Source of the DNA: Candidatus Moraniibacteriota bacterium
GTDB taxonomy: Bacteria > Patescibacteriota > Minisyncoccia > Moranbacterales > GCA-2747515
DNA: 64,000 bases
Direction of reading: 5' to 3'
Assembly: GCA_040772365.1 (NCBI GenBank)
Contig: JAXGYI010000002.1
Location: forward strand, 2,762 to 66,761
Of this stretch, positions 21,222 to 30,910 are shown one piece after another; within the stretch, counting starts at the first letter, position 1, and each line of letters starts with the position of its first letter. The position numbers were made by a program, and so were the translations under genes. A model generated the notes under the pieces. It searched no databases and was not told the origin of the DNA. It was given only the letters and a program-made list of their open reading frames with translations.

Positions 21222-21515
21222 ATGGTCTATATAGCTGCAATTTATATTGCCGTACTCACTCTTCTGGGACTAGCATTGGGGGCCAGTCACTATGATTGGT
21301 TTCCAGTATTTTCCCAGCGGGGCATGACGGATGCAGAAATCGTTTCCGTCATGGGAGTTCTCACTGTGGCACTTTTTTGGATGATCTGGCGCGTGTGGTT
21401 TAAGTCAGATCTTCCTAAAGAGGCTCGCCACAAGAAAAGAAGAATGGCGCGACACGTGGTTGCGCCACAGCAGAGGCAATTTCTTCAATGGTTAAAGGAG
21501 GTTACCATATTATGA
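21222..21515 (+). CDS. Small two-TM hypothetical protein
   Basis: SD GAGGAGG, two hydrophobic segments, downstream hairpin + T-run. Confidence 0.6.
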   Translation: MVYIAAIYIAVLTLLGLALGASHYDWFPVFSQRGMTDAEIVSVMGVLTVALFWMIWRVWFKSDLPKEARHKKRRMARHVVAPQQRQFLQWLKEVTIL

Positions 21516-21661
21516 AAAATCTCCCACTCTTTCCTCCCACTTATATTTTAATGATGTACATCCGTACAGAAAAAATATAAGTGGGTTTTTTCTTTTGGCC
21601 TGTTGTTTTTTCTCCCTATCTGCGCTACGATACGGATAGGTTTTACGTATAGATATTTTTT

Positions 21662-24142
21662 ATGGAACGCTACGATCATCAAAGCATTGAAGAAAAGTGG
21701 CGAAAAAAGTGGACTGTCGCTAACGCATATAAAACAACGGAGGATCCAGACAAGAAGAAATTTTATATTTTGGACATGTTTCCATATCCGTCGGGGGTGG
21801 GATTACATGTGGGACATCCCAAAGGCTACATTGCTACAGATGTTATGTCGCGGATGAAAAAAATGCAAGGCTATAATGTGTTGCATCCGATGGGATGGGA
21901 TGCGTTTGGACTTCCAGCGGAGCAGTATGCACTCAAAAATCATGTGCATCCGCGTGTCGCAGTAGAAAATAACATTGCCACATTCAAAAAGCAATTAGAA
22001 AAAATTTCTCTCAACTACGATTGGGAGCGCGAGTTTTCCACAACGGATCCGGCATACTATAAGTGGACGCAGTGGGCTTTTGTACAGATGTTTAAAAAGG
22101 GCTTAGTGTTTCGCTCCGATGAGCCAATCAATTGGTGTCCGTCGTGCAAAACGGGGCTTGCCAATGAGGATTTGGAAGATGGCGCGTGCGAGCGCTGTAA
22201 TACGCCGATTGAGAAGAAGAAATTACCGCAGTGGGTGATTAAGATTACCGACTATGCGGATCGTTTGCTTGCGGATTTGGATAAGCTAGAGTGGCAGGAG
22301 AGCATCAAGCAGTCGCAACGCAATTGGATCGGACGCAGCGAGGGTGCGGAAATTACATTTCGCGTGGTATGTGATTCCGAACTCGTGTCGGAATCTCACG
22401 CGAACAATAAAGAGGTTTTGAAACAAGCTCGGGGTGAAGAAAGTGAAGAATTGCATGACGCAACGATTACCGTATTCACCACGCGTCCTGACACGCTTTT
22501 TGGCGCGACATATATGGTTCTTGCACCGGAACACCCGCTTGTTGAGAAAATCAAAAACGCCATTGCAAATATTGCGGACGTGGAGCGGTATCAAAAAGAA
22601 GCGCAGAAAAAGACGGAGATTGAGCGCACAGCGGAAGGGAGGGAAAAAACAGGCGTACAATTAAAGGGTGTCAGGGCAGTTAATCCGGCAAGTGGCGCAG
22701 AAATTCCCATCTACATCGCCGACTATGTGCTTGCTGACTATGGTACGGGCGCCATCATGGCGGTGCCGGCGCACGATGAGCGCGACTTTACGTTTGCAAA
22801 AAAATACAACATTGACCTTGTGGAAGTTATCGCTAGTCGTACGAATCACGTCATCCCATATGTTGGTTCCGGCACACTGATTAACTCTGGCGCATTTGAC
22901 GGCATGGACAATGAGAAGGCAAAAAGGGCGATCACAGAAAGCGTTGGCGGCACAATGACAGTGAGCTATAAACTGCGCGACTGGGTATTTAGCCGACAGC
23001 GCTATTGGGGTGAGCCGATTCCCCTTATTGAATGTGTAACGTGCGGATGGGTGCCCGTACCGGAGGAGGAATTACCATTGACGCTACCCGACGTAGAAAG
23101 TTATGAACCTACGGGAACGGGCGAGTCGCCTCTGGCGGCGATTGAAGATTGGGTGAATACGGCGTGCCCGATATGCTGTGGTGAGGCGCGGCGTGAAACC
23201 AACACGATGCCACAGTGGGCAGGATCAAGCTGGTATCACCTGCGATATATTGACCCAAAAAATGACACAGAAATTGTGGACAAGAAAAAAGAGAAGTACT
23301 GGTCACCGGTAGATTTCTATGTCGGTGGTGCAGAGCATGCGACACGACACCTGATCTACGCACGCTTTTGGCACAAGTTTTTATATGACATTGGTGCAGT
23401 TTCCTCTGACGAGCCATATAAAAAATTACAAACGGTGGGTCTCATTATGGCGGAGGATGGACGCAAGATGTCCAAGCGATGGGGTAATGTGATCAATCCT
23501 GATACAGTGATTGCGCGCTTTGGATCAGACACATTTCGGTTGTATGAGATGTTTATGGGACCTTTTGACGCGACGGTGGCGTGGAGTACGGAGAGTATGA
23601 CGGGGCCACGCAAGTTTATTGAGCGGCTATGGAAATTTGGACAAAACAGGATTGCAGAGGGGTTTGCTCAGGAGAGTAGCGTGCATATCGCCAGAGAATT
23701 GCACAGGACGATTAAGAAGGTCGGTGAGGATATCGATGCCATGAAATACAATACGGCGATTGCGCAGATGATGACGCTCATGAATGTTATGGAGAAAAAC
23801 AAAACAATGTCCGAGCAGGATTTTGGTGATCTGTTGAAAATTCTTTCGCCGTTTTGCCCGCATGTGACGCAAGAATTGTGGGCACAGATGGGCAATGCGA
23901 CATTGCTTGTGCACACGTCGTGGCCGACATATGATCCAGCTCTGCTTATTGACGACAGCATTACCATTGCCGTCCAAGTCAATGGCAAAGTACGCGATCA
24001 AATTACCATTCCTGCCGATAGCACAGACGCCGATGTAGAGGTCGTCGCACTTGCAAGTGAAAAAGTGCAAAAATACGTGGAATGCAAGACGCCAAAGAAG
24101 GTGATTTATGTGAAAGGAAAATTGGTGAGCGTGGTAGTGTAA
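21662..24142 (+). CDS. leuS: Leucine--tRNA ligase
   Basis: MFPYPSGVGLHVGH, GWDAFGLPAE, FTTRPDT, KMSKR. Confidence 0.98.
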   Translation: MERYDHQSIEEKWRKKWTVANAYKTTEDPDKKKFYILDMFPYPSGVGLHVGHPKGYIATDVMSRMKKMQGYNVLHPMGWDAFGLPAEQYALKNHVHPRVAVENNIATFKKQLEKISLNYDWEREFSTTDPAYYKWTQWAFVQMFKKGLVFRSDEPINWCPSCKTGLANEDLEDGACERCNTPIEKKKLPQWVIKITDYADRLLADLDKLEWQESIKQSQRNWIGRSEGAEITFRVVCDSELVSESHANNKEVLKQARGEESEELHDATITVFTTRPDTLFGATYMVLAPEHPLVEKIKNAIANIADVERYQKEAQKKTEIERTAEGREKTGVQLKGVRAVNPASGAEIPIYIADYVLADYGTGAIMAVPAHDERDFTFAKKYNIDLVEVIASRTNHVIPYVGSGTLINSGAFDGMDNEKAKRAITESVGGTMTVSYKLRDWVFSRQRYWGEPIPLIECVTCGWVPVPEEELPLTLPDVESYEPTGTGESPLAAIEDWVNTACPICCGEARRETNTMPQWAGSSWYHLRYIDPKNDTEIVDKKKEKYWSPVDFYVGGAEHATRHLIYARFWHKFLYDIGAVSSDEPYKKLQTVGLIMAEDGRKMSKRWGNVINPDTVIARFGSDTFRLYEMFMGPFDATVAWSTESMTGPRKFIERLWKFGQNRIAEGFAQESSVHIARELHRTIKKVGEDIDAMKYNTAIAQMMTLMNVMEKNKTMSEQDFGDLLKILSPFCPHVTQELWAQMGNATLLVHTSWPTYDPALLIDDSITIAVQVNGKVRDQITIPADSTDADVEVVALASEKVQKYVECKTPKKVIYVKGKLVSVVV
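22371..22437. repeat. Palindromic element inserted in frame in leuS
   Basis: GATTCCGA-ACTCGTG-TCGGAATC hairpin plus degraded second arm; encodes the extra peptide DSELVSESHANNKEVLKQARGE. Confidence 0.6.
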
Positions 24143-24201
24143 ATGTATAGGCCTACTTTTACAAGAAGAGAAGCCTCTACTAAATATCTTTTCATACTAT
24201 T

Positions 24202-24411
24202 ATGGATCGTGTCATGAAATTCCTCAAATTGATTCTCATGGTCTTATCGATTGTTTTATTGCTGCAACTAATAACAGGCCATACTGTCAATACAAGATTC
24301 TTTACCTTTAGTAAAGAAAAGTGTATTGCCAAAAGGGATCGAGGTGAAATAATAGGGAGAATAGCTAGTCAGTGCAATAGACCAAAACTTTTTATTAGAA
24401 AATCTTGGTAA
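24202..24411 (+). CDS. Small basic protein with N-terminal hydrophobic helix
   Basis: 69-aa ORF with two Cys after the TM/signal segment. Confidence 0.4.
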   Translation: MDRVMKFLKLILMVLSIVLLLQLITGHTVNTRFFTFSKEKCIAKRDRGEIIGRIASQCNRPKLFIRKSW

Positions 24412-24666
24412 AGAAAAAGGTGCCTCACTCATGCAGTGCGGCACCATTGCTCTTTTTTACGATCTGCTTATCTATCGCCATAGACGATAGGTAGGCGTAT
24501 CCTCAAAACCTGTCTTATTGTGCCTGTAAGATGCGGAAATGACATCTCATATTTCTGGTATAGCCACAAAAATAAACAGACTGAGGATGATGCAGATCGG
24601 AAGAGCTATAAAAAATCAAACTACTTCCATATACTCCTCATCTCGTAACACTTTGGGGTGTGGATA

Positions 24667-25236
24667 TTATTTTAATTTCTTGATTTCCGTGGCAATGCCT
24701 ATTGCCAAGGCTTCTTCCGCAGAAAGAAATACCGTTTGATCCATCAATTGTTCTATCTCCTCCGGCGTCTTTTTCCCATTTGTGCAATGGGAGATAATGG
24801 TGGCGTAGCCTTGGGTCATAGCGGTATTAATTTTCTTCAGCGTATTTGGTGAGACGCGATTAACTTCAGTTGTGATAGGATGGAGAAAAATATGCGCATT
24901 TTCTGTTAGTGCGCGTTCGTTCCCCGCACAAAATACCACAACGGCGGCAGAGCCAACAATACTTGTGCCAATCGTATTTATTGCGGGAGGATTTTTCATG
25001 GTTTTTGAAAGCATGTAAAATCCTACAGCATCGTCCACAATTCCACCACCGCTATTGATGACGATGGTTGAATCAATGCGTTGGAGTAGGTTGTTGATGT
25101 GGTGAGTCATGCTCTGCGCATCTAGAGTGCCCGATAGCACAGTGATGGTAGTGCTTTTTTGTTTTTCTTGGGCATGAGCCTGTACAACGCTGGTACTGCA
25201 CAACAAAATAACAAGAATGGCGTGATACCACTTCAT
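24667..25236 (-). CDS. ClpP-like (S14/crotonase fold) protein with signal peptide
   Basis: INSGGG, GSAA, IFLHP, FLSAEEALAIGI; MKWYHAILVILLCSTSVVQAHA leader; SD GGAGGA. Confidence 0.8.
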   Translation of the reverse strand: MKWYHAILVILLCSTSVVQAHAQEKQKSTTITVLSGTLDAQSMTHHINNLLQRIDSTIVINSGGGIVDDAVGFYMLSKTMKNPPAINTIGTSIVGSAAVVVFCAGNERALTENAHIFLHPITTEVNRVSPNTLKKINTAMTQGYATIISHCTNGKKTPEEIEQLMDQTVFLSAEEALAIGIATEIKKLK

Positions 25237-25385
25237 AAGGTCCTCCAAGTTGAAAGGTACAGTGTAAACACCCCAAAGTGTCAGTGACACCCTAGCATAG
25301 AATACCCATTTTGCAAGCGTTAATTGGTTTTCTATGGTCTTGATGAGGAAAATGGTGTACAGTACAGAGGAGGTATAATGCGCTA

Positions 25386-26141
25386 ATGATATACACGACA
25401 ATGGCGGAGTATAAGAGTAATCTTTTATTCTTGGATACGGAGGCGACGGGATTGGAGGAGGATGATCGGCTAGTGCAGGTGGCGTATAGTTTCAATGGGC
25501 ATGAGCGTGAGCAGATGTTCAATCCTGGGCGCGCAATGACGGTGCGATCCATGGAAGTGACACACATCACAGATCGCATGCTTGCGGACAAGGAGGCATT
25601 TCGCGATTCGGCGTTTTATACAGAGTTGCAGGAAATTTTATCTCGCAATGATGTGATTTTTGTAGCGCACAATGCACCATTTGATATTGGTATGCTGACA
25701 CGTGAGGGTCTTTCAGTGGGGCGCTTTATTGACACGATCAAAATTGCGCAGGAGTTGGACGTGAGGGGTGTGATTCCAGCGTATCGGTTACAATTCTTGC
25801 GCTATTACTTGAAGATGGAGGTGGACAATGCCGCAGCGCATGATGCGTTGGGTGATGTGCGTGTTCTCATTGCGCTTTTTGAACGGCAGTATACTAAAAT
25901 GCGTAACACGTTGTCGCATGAGGAGGTACTGACAAAGATGATGGATATCTCTGAGAAGCCAGTGATGGTGAAGCGGTTCAGTTTTGGCAAATATAACGGT
26001 GAGATGGTAGCGGATGTGGCGCGGACGGATTGCGGATATCTGGAATGGCTTTTGGGACAAAAAGAACAAACACTACGCGAGGGGGGTGGTGATGATAACG
26101 ATGCAAATTGGATTTATACGTTGAAAAAATATATTGCATAA
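25386..26141 (+). CDS. DEDDh 3'-5' exonuclease (exodeoxyribonuclease X-like)
   Basis: LDTEATG, VAHNAPFD, AHDALGDV; C-terminal FGKYNG...YLEWL. Confidence 0.9.
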   Translation: MIYTTMAEYKSNLLFLDTEATGLEEDDRLVQVAYSFNGHEREQMFNPGRAMTVRSMEVTHITDRMLADKEAFRDSAFYTELQEILSRNDVIFVAHNAPFDIGMLTREGLSVGRFIDTIKIAQELDVRGVIPAYRLQFLRYYLKMEVDNAAAHDALGDVRVLIALFERQYTKMRNTLSHEEVLTKMMDISEKPVMVKRFSFGKYNGEMVADVARTDCGYLEWLLGQKEQTLREGGGDDNDANWIYTLKKYIA

Positions 26142-26263
26142 GAGTGTGTGGACAGTATTTGTATTGCGGTGTAGTGTTGTTTTGAGATCTCGAAGCCTGC
26201 AGATTTGGCAGATGTGCACATGCGTGGTGACGGGGTATCGTGTAGATATTTTATTGTAGTACT

Positions 26264-27424
26264 ATGGCGAAAAAAATTGCACTCATGGGAAGTACAGGGT
26301 CAGTGGGGACACAGACGCTGGATGTGGTGCGAAAGTATCCGCGGAAGCTGCGTGTCTTTGCGCTGTCGGCAAACAGCAACATCGACCTTTTGGAAAAACA
26401 GATCAAGGAGTTTCGTCCAAAGGTTGTGGGAGTAGCGGATTCTGCTAAGGCGGAGGAACTTGCACAGCGCGTTGCAAAAACCGGGACAAAAATCCTCACC
26501 GGTCCGAAGATGCTCCAAGATATTGCCGTCATGAAGGGGTATGATACGTTTCTTTCAGCGACAGTGGGACTGACGATTATCCGTGCAACGATTGATGCCA
26601 TTCGCACGGGCAAAAACATTGCACTGGCCAATAAGGAAACACTGGTGGCGGCAGGGGAGATTGTGATGCGTGAGGCGCGCAAACATGGCGTGCAGATCAT
26701 GCCGATTGACTCGGAGCACAGTGCGCTCTTACAGTGCTTGAATGGTGAGAATCCCAAAACTATACAATCGCTCATCATCACATGTTCTGGTGGGGCATTG
26801 CGTGACAGAACAAAGGAGGAATTGAAGTATGTGACGGTTGCTGATGCGCTGGGGCATAAGACGTGGAATATGGGGCAGAAAATCACTATTGACAGCGCCA
26901 CGCTCATGAATAAGGGTTTTGAGGTAATCGAGGCGAAGTGGCTCTATGACATTGCGCCAGATCATCTTCGTGTCGTGATTCATCCAGAAAGCCTCATCCA
27001 CTCCATGATTGAATATACTGATGGGAGTATTATAGCGCAAATTTCCGAGCCCGATATGCGCCTACCGATTCAATATGCACTAAGTTATCCCGAGCGGTGG
27101 GAGCGCGCTGTGAAGCCACACCTCTTTGACCGTCCCTACACATTTGCCACACCGGATCTGAAGCGGTTCCCATGCCTCGGCTATGCCTTTGACGCTATGA
27201 AGCATGGAGGAACGATGCCAGCAGTGATGAATGCGGCAAATGACTACATGGTGGCGCAGTTTCTTGCTGGTGCCTGTGCGTATCTGGATATTCCTAAAAC
27301 GATTCGACGTGTCATGCAGGCGCATACAGTGGTACACAAGCCGACACTGGAGGATATTGAGCAGGCAATTGCATGGGCAACACATGCGGCACAGTCTATT
27401 GTGCAAAAGAAACGTGTGGTATAA
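26264..27424 (+). CDS. dxr: 1-deoxy-D-xylulose-5-phosphate reductoisomerase
   Basis: GSTGSVG, LANKETLV, PIDSEHSA, WNMGQKITIDSATLMNKGFEVIEA, PDMRLPI. Confidence 0.96.
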   Translation: MAKKIALMGSTGSVGTQTLDVVRKYPRKLRVFALSANSNIDLLEKQIKEFRPKVVGVADSAKAEELAQRVAKTGTKILTGPKMLQDIAVMKGYDTFLSATVGLTIIRATIDAIRTGKNIALANKETLVAAGEIVMREARKHGVQIMPIDSEHSALLQCLNGENPKTIQSLIITCSGGALRDRTKEELKYVTVADALGHKTWNMGQKITIDSATLMNKGFEVIEAKWLYDIAPDHLRVVIHPESLIHSMIEYTDGSIIAQISEPDMRLPIQYALSYPERWERAVKPHLFDRPYTFATPDLKRFPCLGYAFDAMKHGGTMPAVMNAANDYMVAQFLAGACAYLDIPKTIRRVMQAHTVVHKPTLEDIEQAIAWATHAAQSIVQKKRVV

Positions 27425-27463
27425 TGTCTAGGAAAACCTCTAATACGTTAATGTAGAAAATGT

Positions 27464-28234
27464 ATGATAGTATTTCTTGGGAAAGCTGTTGCGGTACTTG
27501 CTGTACTTTTTGTGCGTATTAAGCAAATTGATCAGTATGAGCGCGGTGTGTTATTTACAATGGGCAAGTTTACAGATGTCAAGGAGCCTGGGTGGAAGTT
27601 CTATGTTGCTATTTTTCAAAAAATTAGAACTGTGGATATTCGTACTCGTGCGGTAGATGTGCCATATCAAGAGGCGATTACGCGTGATAATATCCCCGTT
27701 CGTGTGAATGCTGTGGTCTACTTTAACGTGAACGATGTCACAAAAGCTGTACTTGAGGTAATGGATTTTGCTGATGCCATGTCACAATTGGCACAAACGA
27801 CGATGCGCAATTCTTTAGGCGATCGATCGCTTGATGAGCTCTTGCAGAATCGTGCACAGATTGCTGATGCGATCAAGGAAGAGCTTGATGCAAAAACCGA
27901 TGCGTGGGGTATTAATGTGAGTGCTTTGGAACTGAAGGACATTGTCATTCCAGAAGACCTGAAGCGTACGATTTCCAAGGAAGCTGAGGCGGAGCGCGAA
28001 AGACGTGCTGTCATCATCAAAGCGGAAGGTGATCGGATGGCGGCAGAGAATCTTGCGGCTGCAGCAGAAACACTTGCACGTACGCCGGGCGCATTGCACT
28101 TGCGTACACTACAAACCATCAATGACCTCTCTTCTGATCAGTCCAATACGACAATCTGGATGGTGCCTGTAGAAGTATTGGAGGCCGTTAAGGGATTTGC
28201 GGAAATGGCACAGCAGCGTGAAAACAAAAAATAG
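27464..28234 (+). CDS. SPFH/stomatin (slipin) family protein
   Basis: QYERGVLF, QLAQTTMR, EAEAERERRA, ALHLRTLQT. Confidence 0.93.
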   Translation: MIVFLGKAVAVLAVLFVRIKQIDQYERGVLFTMGKFTDVKEPGWKFYVAIFQKIRTVDIRTRAVDVPYQEAITRDNIPVRVNAVVYFNVNDVTKAVLEVMDFADAMSQLAQTTMRNSLGDRSLDELLQNRAQIADAIKEELDAKTDAWGINVSALELKDIVIPEDLKRTISKEAEAERERRAVIIKAEGDRMAAENLAAAAETLARTPGALHLRTLQTINDLSSDQSNTTIWMVPVEVLEAVKGFAEMAQQRENKK

Positions 28235-28319
28235 ACCTATCAGTAACGTAATATCTCGTTAGTACAAAAATCCCGTCACAGCGTTTGCGGTGACGGGAAG
28301 TACATCCGTTATCCCTCCT

Positions 28320-28769
28320 TTATTCTTTGGGTAGGAGTAATGGCAGCGTGAATTCCAAGTTCTCTTTTAAGATATATGCAGAGTACATCTCCTTCTGATT
28401 TCGTATGAATATGCATGCTTTGTTGCCATAGCAGGGACATGTACGGAATTCAATGTATGTCCCTGATGCCCGATCAGGAAGACGGGGCGCCTCACTCCAA
28501 CCTTGCTCTTTGAGAAACCTTTCGGTTTTCCAGAGGAGCCGGATGATCGCATCGCGTTGTTCTTTTGGCTGTCCGGCCGTGTCGTATTTCAATACGATAG
28601 GACCTAAAACCTTTTTGCTTTTGGTAATTTTGTGATATGATCGTGTAATTGTACTTGGTGCATGTGTGGGAGAGTGGTGTTCCCGCACTGCCGTAATAAT
28701 GACCCATACGACAGCACAGAGTATGATTATACCCCATATACCCCACATACGCTTCTCTTCTGCACTCAT
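28320..28769 (-). CDS. Hypothetical membrane-anchored protein
   Basis: SD GAGGAGG, N-terminal TM, terminator hairpin at ~28271-28298. Confidence 0.6.
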   Translation of the reverse strand: MSAEEKRMWGIWGIIILCAVVWVIITAVREHHSPTHAPSTITRSYHKITKSKKVLGPIVLKYDTAGQPKEQRDAIIRLLWKTERFLKEQGWSEAPRLPDRASGTYIEFRTCPCYGNKACIFIRNQKEMYSAYILKENLEFTLPLLLPKE

Positions 28770-28970
28770 CTTCCACCTCCTCTTCTTTGTTAAGGTACTA
28801 CGGTATTAAATGCTGGTTTCCCAATGAAACTGTTGACATTTCCAACACTCTCTTATATCATATACATAGCTATCTTGCAATAGCGTTTTTTGTCTATGAT
28901 GCATGGGTTTACATAATAGGCAAAAGAGTTGCATGAGGAACTTTATCTAATCCATTTAACACTTTTCAGT

Positions 28971-29381
28971 GTGCCTACAATCAATCAACTGAAGCGTCGT
29001 GCGCGGAAAAAGCAAATACGCAAGAATACAGCACCGGCAATGACGACAGTCTTTAATACACTCAAGAACAAACCTGTTAAATCGCAGGGTCCGTTTAAAC
29101 GTGGTGTGTGTCTGAAGGTGTCCACGACAACACCAAAAAAACCAAATTCCGCATTGCGTAAAATTGCACGTGTGCGCCTCACAAACGGCATGGAAGTCAC
29201 AGCGTATATCCCGGGTATCGGGCACAATCTGCAAGAGCACTCCATTGTGATGATTCGCGGTGGGCGTGTGAAGGATTTGCCAGGTGTACGGTATCACGTG
29301 GTGCGCGGCGTTCTTGACAGTGCCGGCGTAGCCGATCGCAGGCGCGGACGATCAAAATACGGCGCAAAGCGACCGAAGTAA
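28971..29381 (+). CDS. rpsL: 30S ribosomal protein S12
   Basis: GTG start [29 protein letters not shown]. Confidence 0.98.
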   Translation: MPTINQLKRRARKKQIRKNTAPAMTTVFNTLKNKPVKSQGPFKRGVCLKVSTTTPKKPNSALRKIARVRLTNGMEVTAYIPGIGHNLQEHSIVMIRGGRVKDLPGVRYHVVRGVLDSAGVADRRRGRSKYGAKRPK

Positions 29382-29424
29382 TGTAGTATATTTTTGTAAT
29401 TTCTTTTTCTATTTTTCACAGACT

Positions 29425-29892
29425 ATGCCAAGACGTAAACGTGTATATAAGAAATCATGGCGACCAGATCCGGTGTACGACAATATTCTTGTCGGACGCT
29501 TTGTTGGTCAATTAACAGTGGATGGCAAGCGATCTACTGCGCAACGCATTGTGTATGATGCGTTTGATATCATCCATCAAAAAACCAATAAAGGCGGATT
29601 GAACGTCTTTGAACAGGCGATTAAAAATGTCTCTCCGCTTGTAGCGCTCAAATCACGCCGCGTGGGCGGTGCAAATTATCAAGTACCGGTGCCGATCATG
29701 GGTGACCGTCGCCAGGCATTGGCGATGCGATGGATTGCAGAAGCTTGTCGTAAAGCGAAAGGGAAAAGTGCGGCAGAAAAATTAGCGGCAGAGTTGATGG
29801 CTGCTGCAGAGAAGGAAGGTGCGGCAATGAAAAAGCGTGAAGAAACACATCGTATGGCAGAGGCAAATAAGGCATTTGCGCACTTTGCGTAA
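29425..29892 (+). CDS. rpsG: 30S ribosomal protein S7
   Basis: SRRVGGANYQVP, HRMAEANKAFAHF. Confidence 0.98.
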   Translation: MPRRKRVYKKSWRPDPVYDNILVGRFVGQLTVDGKRSTAQRIVYDAFDIIHQKTNKGGLNVFEQAIKNVSPLVALKSRRVGGANYQVPVPIMGDRRQALAMRWIAEACRKAKGKSAAEKLAAELMAAAEKEGAAMKKREETHRMAEANKAFAHFA

Positions 29893-29927
29893 AGACATAT
29901 CATGGCTCACCTGTTTTATGGAGAGAT

Positions 29928-30848
29928 GTGGTAAAAAATGACAAAATAACACAACATATGAACAACGTATGGCGCCGATGTACTGAAGTGTGGAAGGTTG
30001 ATTTCCTAGCACGCTTTCTCGCTGATCTTCATAAGGATCTTCGTACAACGATTATTTTTTGGATTAGCATCAACCTTATTTTTGCAGGGGCGCTTTCTGT
30101 GAGCATGCTCGTGGCAATACTTGGCATTAAAGGTGAACTTCGCAATATTACACAGTCTGTCATACCAGATCACGCACGTATTGCTGTGGAAGACGGTGCG
30201 TTACGCATACAGAACATCCCCGATCCATCACTGCAGGATTTTCATGAAGACGATACGGGTGATTCTGCAGTGATCATTGTAGATACGCATGGTGATACCT
30301 ACGACATTACAACATTGGACACCTATACAGAAGGTGTAGCATTTTTTTCTGATAAGATGTATGTGAAGATGGATGACAAGATTGAGAGTATTGCATATCA
30401 GGGACTACCAAACTTCGGTATTTCCAAAGAGAAGCTCCTTGAAGGTATTGATCGCTACTTTGTTGCTACGGTAGTAGCCATTTCGGTTGTTGCTATGATT
30501 ATTCTGTGGCCGGCACTGATGATTGGGCGATCAATCATGGCATTGTGGTGGGCGGCAATTCTTCTTATTGTAGCACGAATTATGCATGTTGAGATTCCGT
30601 ATCGCACAGCATATCTCAGTGTGCTGAACTTTTACTTCGTACCAACACTTGTCATGATTGTGCTCATACCATTTGCCTTTGATGTGCCGTACCTCACGTC
30701 TGCTATTTTCCTTGCCGTGTTCATTGCAAATATCATATGGATGAATCGTAACACGCAAGCGGAAACAGCATCTCCTACACGTACGACAGACTCAAAAACA
30801 GCCGCGCAGCCAGATGCACGACATATCACACCATCAGATCGCGACTAG
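29928..30848 (+). CDS. DUF1189-like membrane protein
   Basis: One N-terminal TM, an extracytoplasmic domain, then four C-terminal TMs. Confidence 0.6.
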   Translation: MVKNDKITQHMNNVWRRCTEVWKVDFLARFLADLHKDLRTTIIFWISINLIFAGALSVSMLVAILGIKGELRNITQSVIPDHARIAVEDGALRIQNIPDPSLQDFHEDDTGDSAVIIVDTHGDTYDITTLDTYTEGVAFFSDKMYVKMDDKIESIAYQGLPNFGISKEKLLEGIDRYFVATVVAISVVAMIILWPALMIGRSIMALWWAAILLIVARIMHVEIPYRTAYLSVLNFYFVPTLVMIVLIPFAFDVPYLTSAIFLAVFIANIIWMNRNTQAETASPTRTTDSKTAAQPDARHITPSDRD

Positions 30849-30910
30849 CGGTACAATGCAAAGTATAAACTATTATTTGTTCACATAAACTAATCAACAA
30901 GTACACTCTT

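Noticed and set aside
28971-29381. Streptomycin-resistance substitutions or an unusual insertion in S12
   Set aside because: PKKPNS and RVKDLP are wild type; the N-terminal insertion is a known feature of many monoderm lineages.
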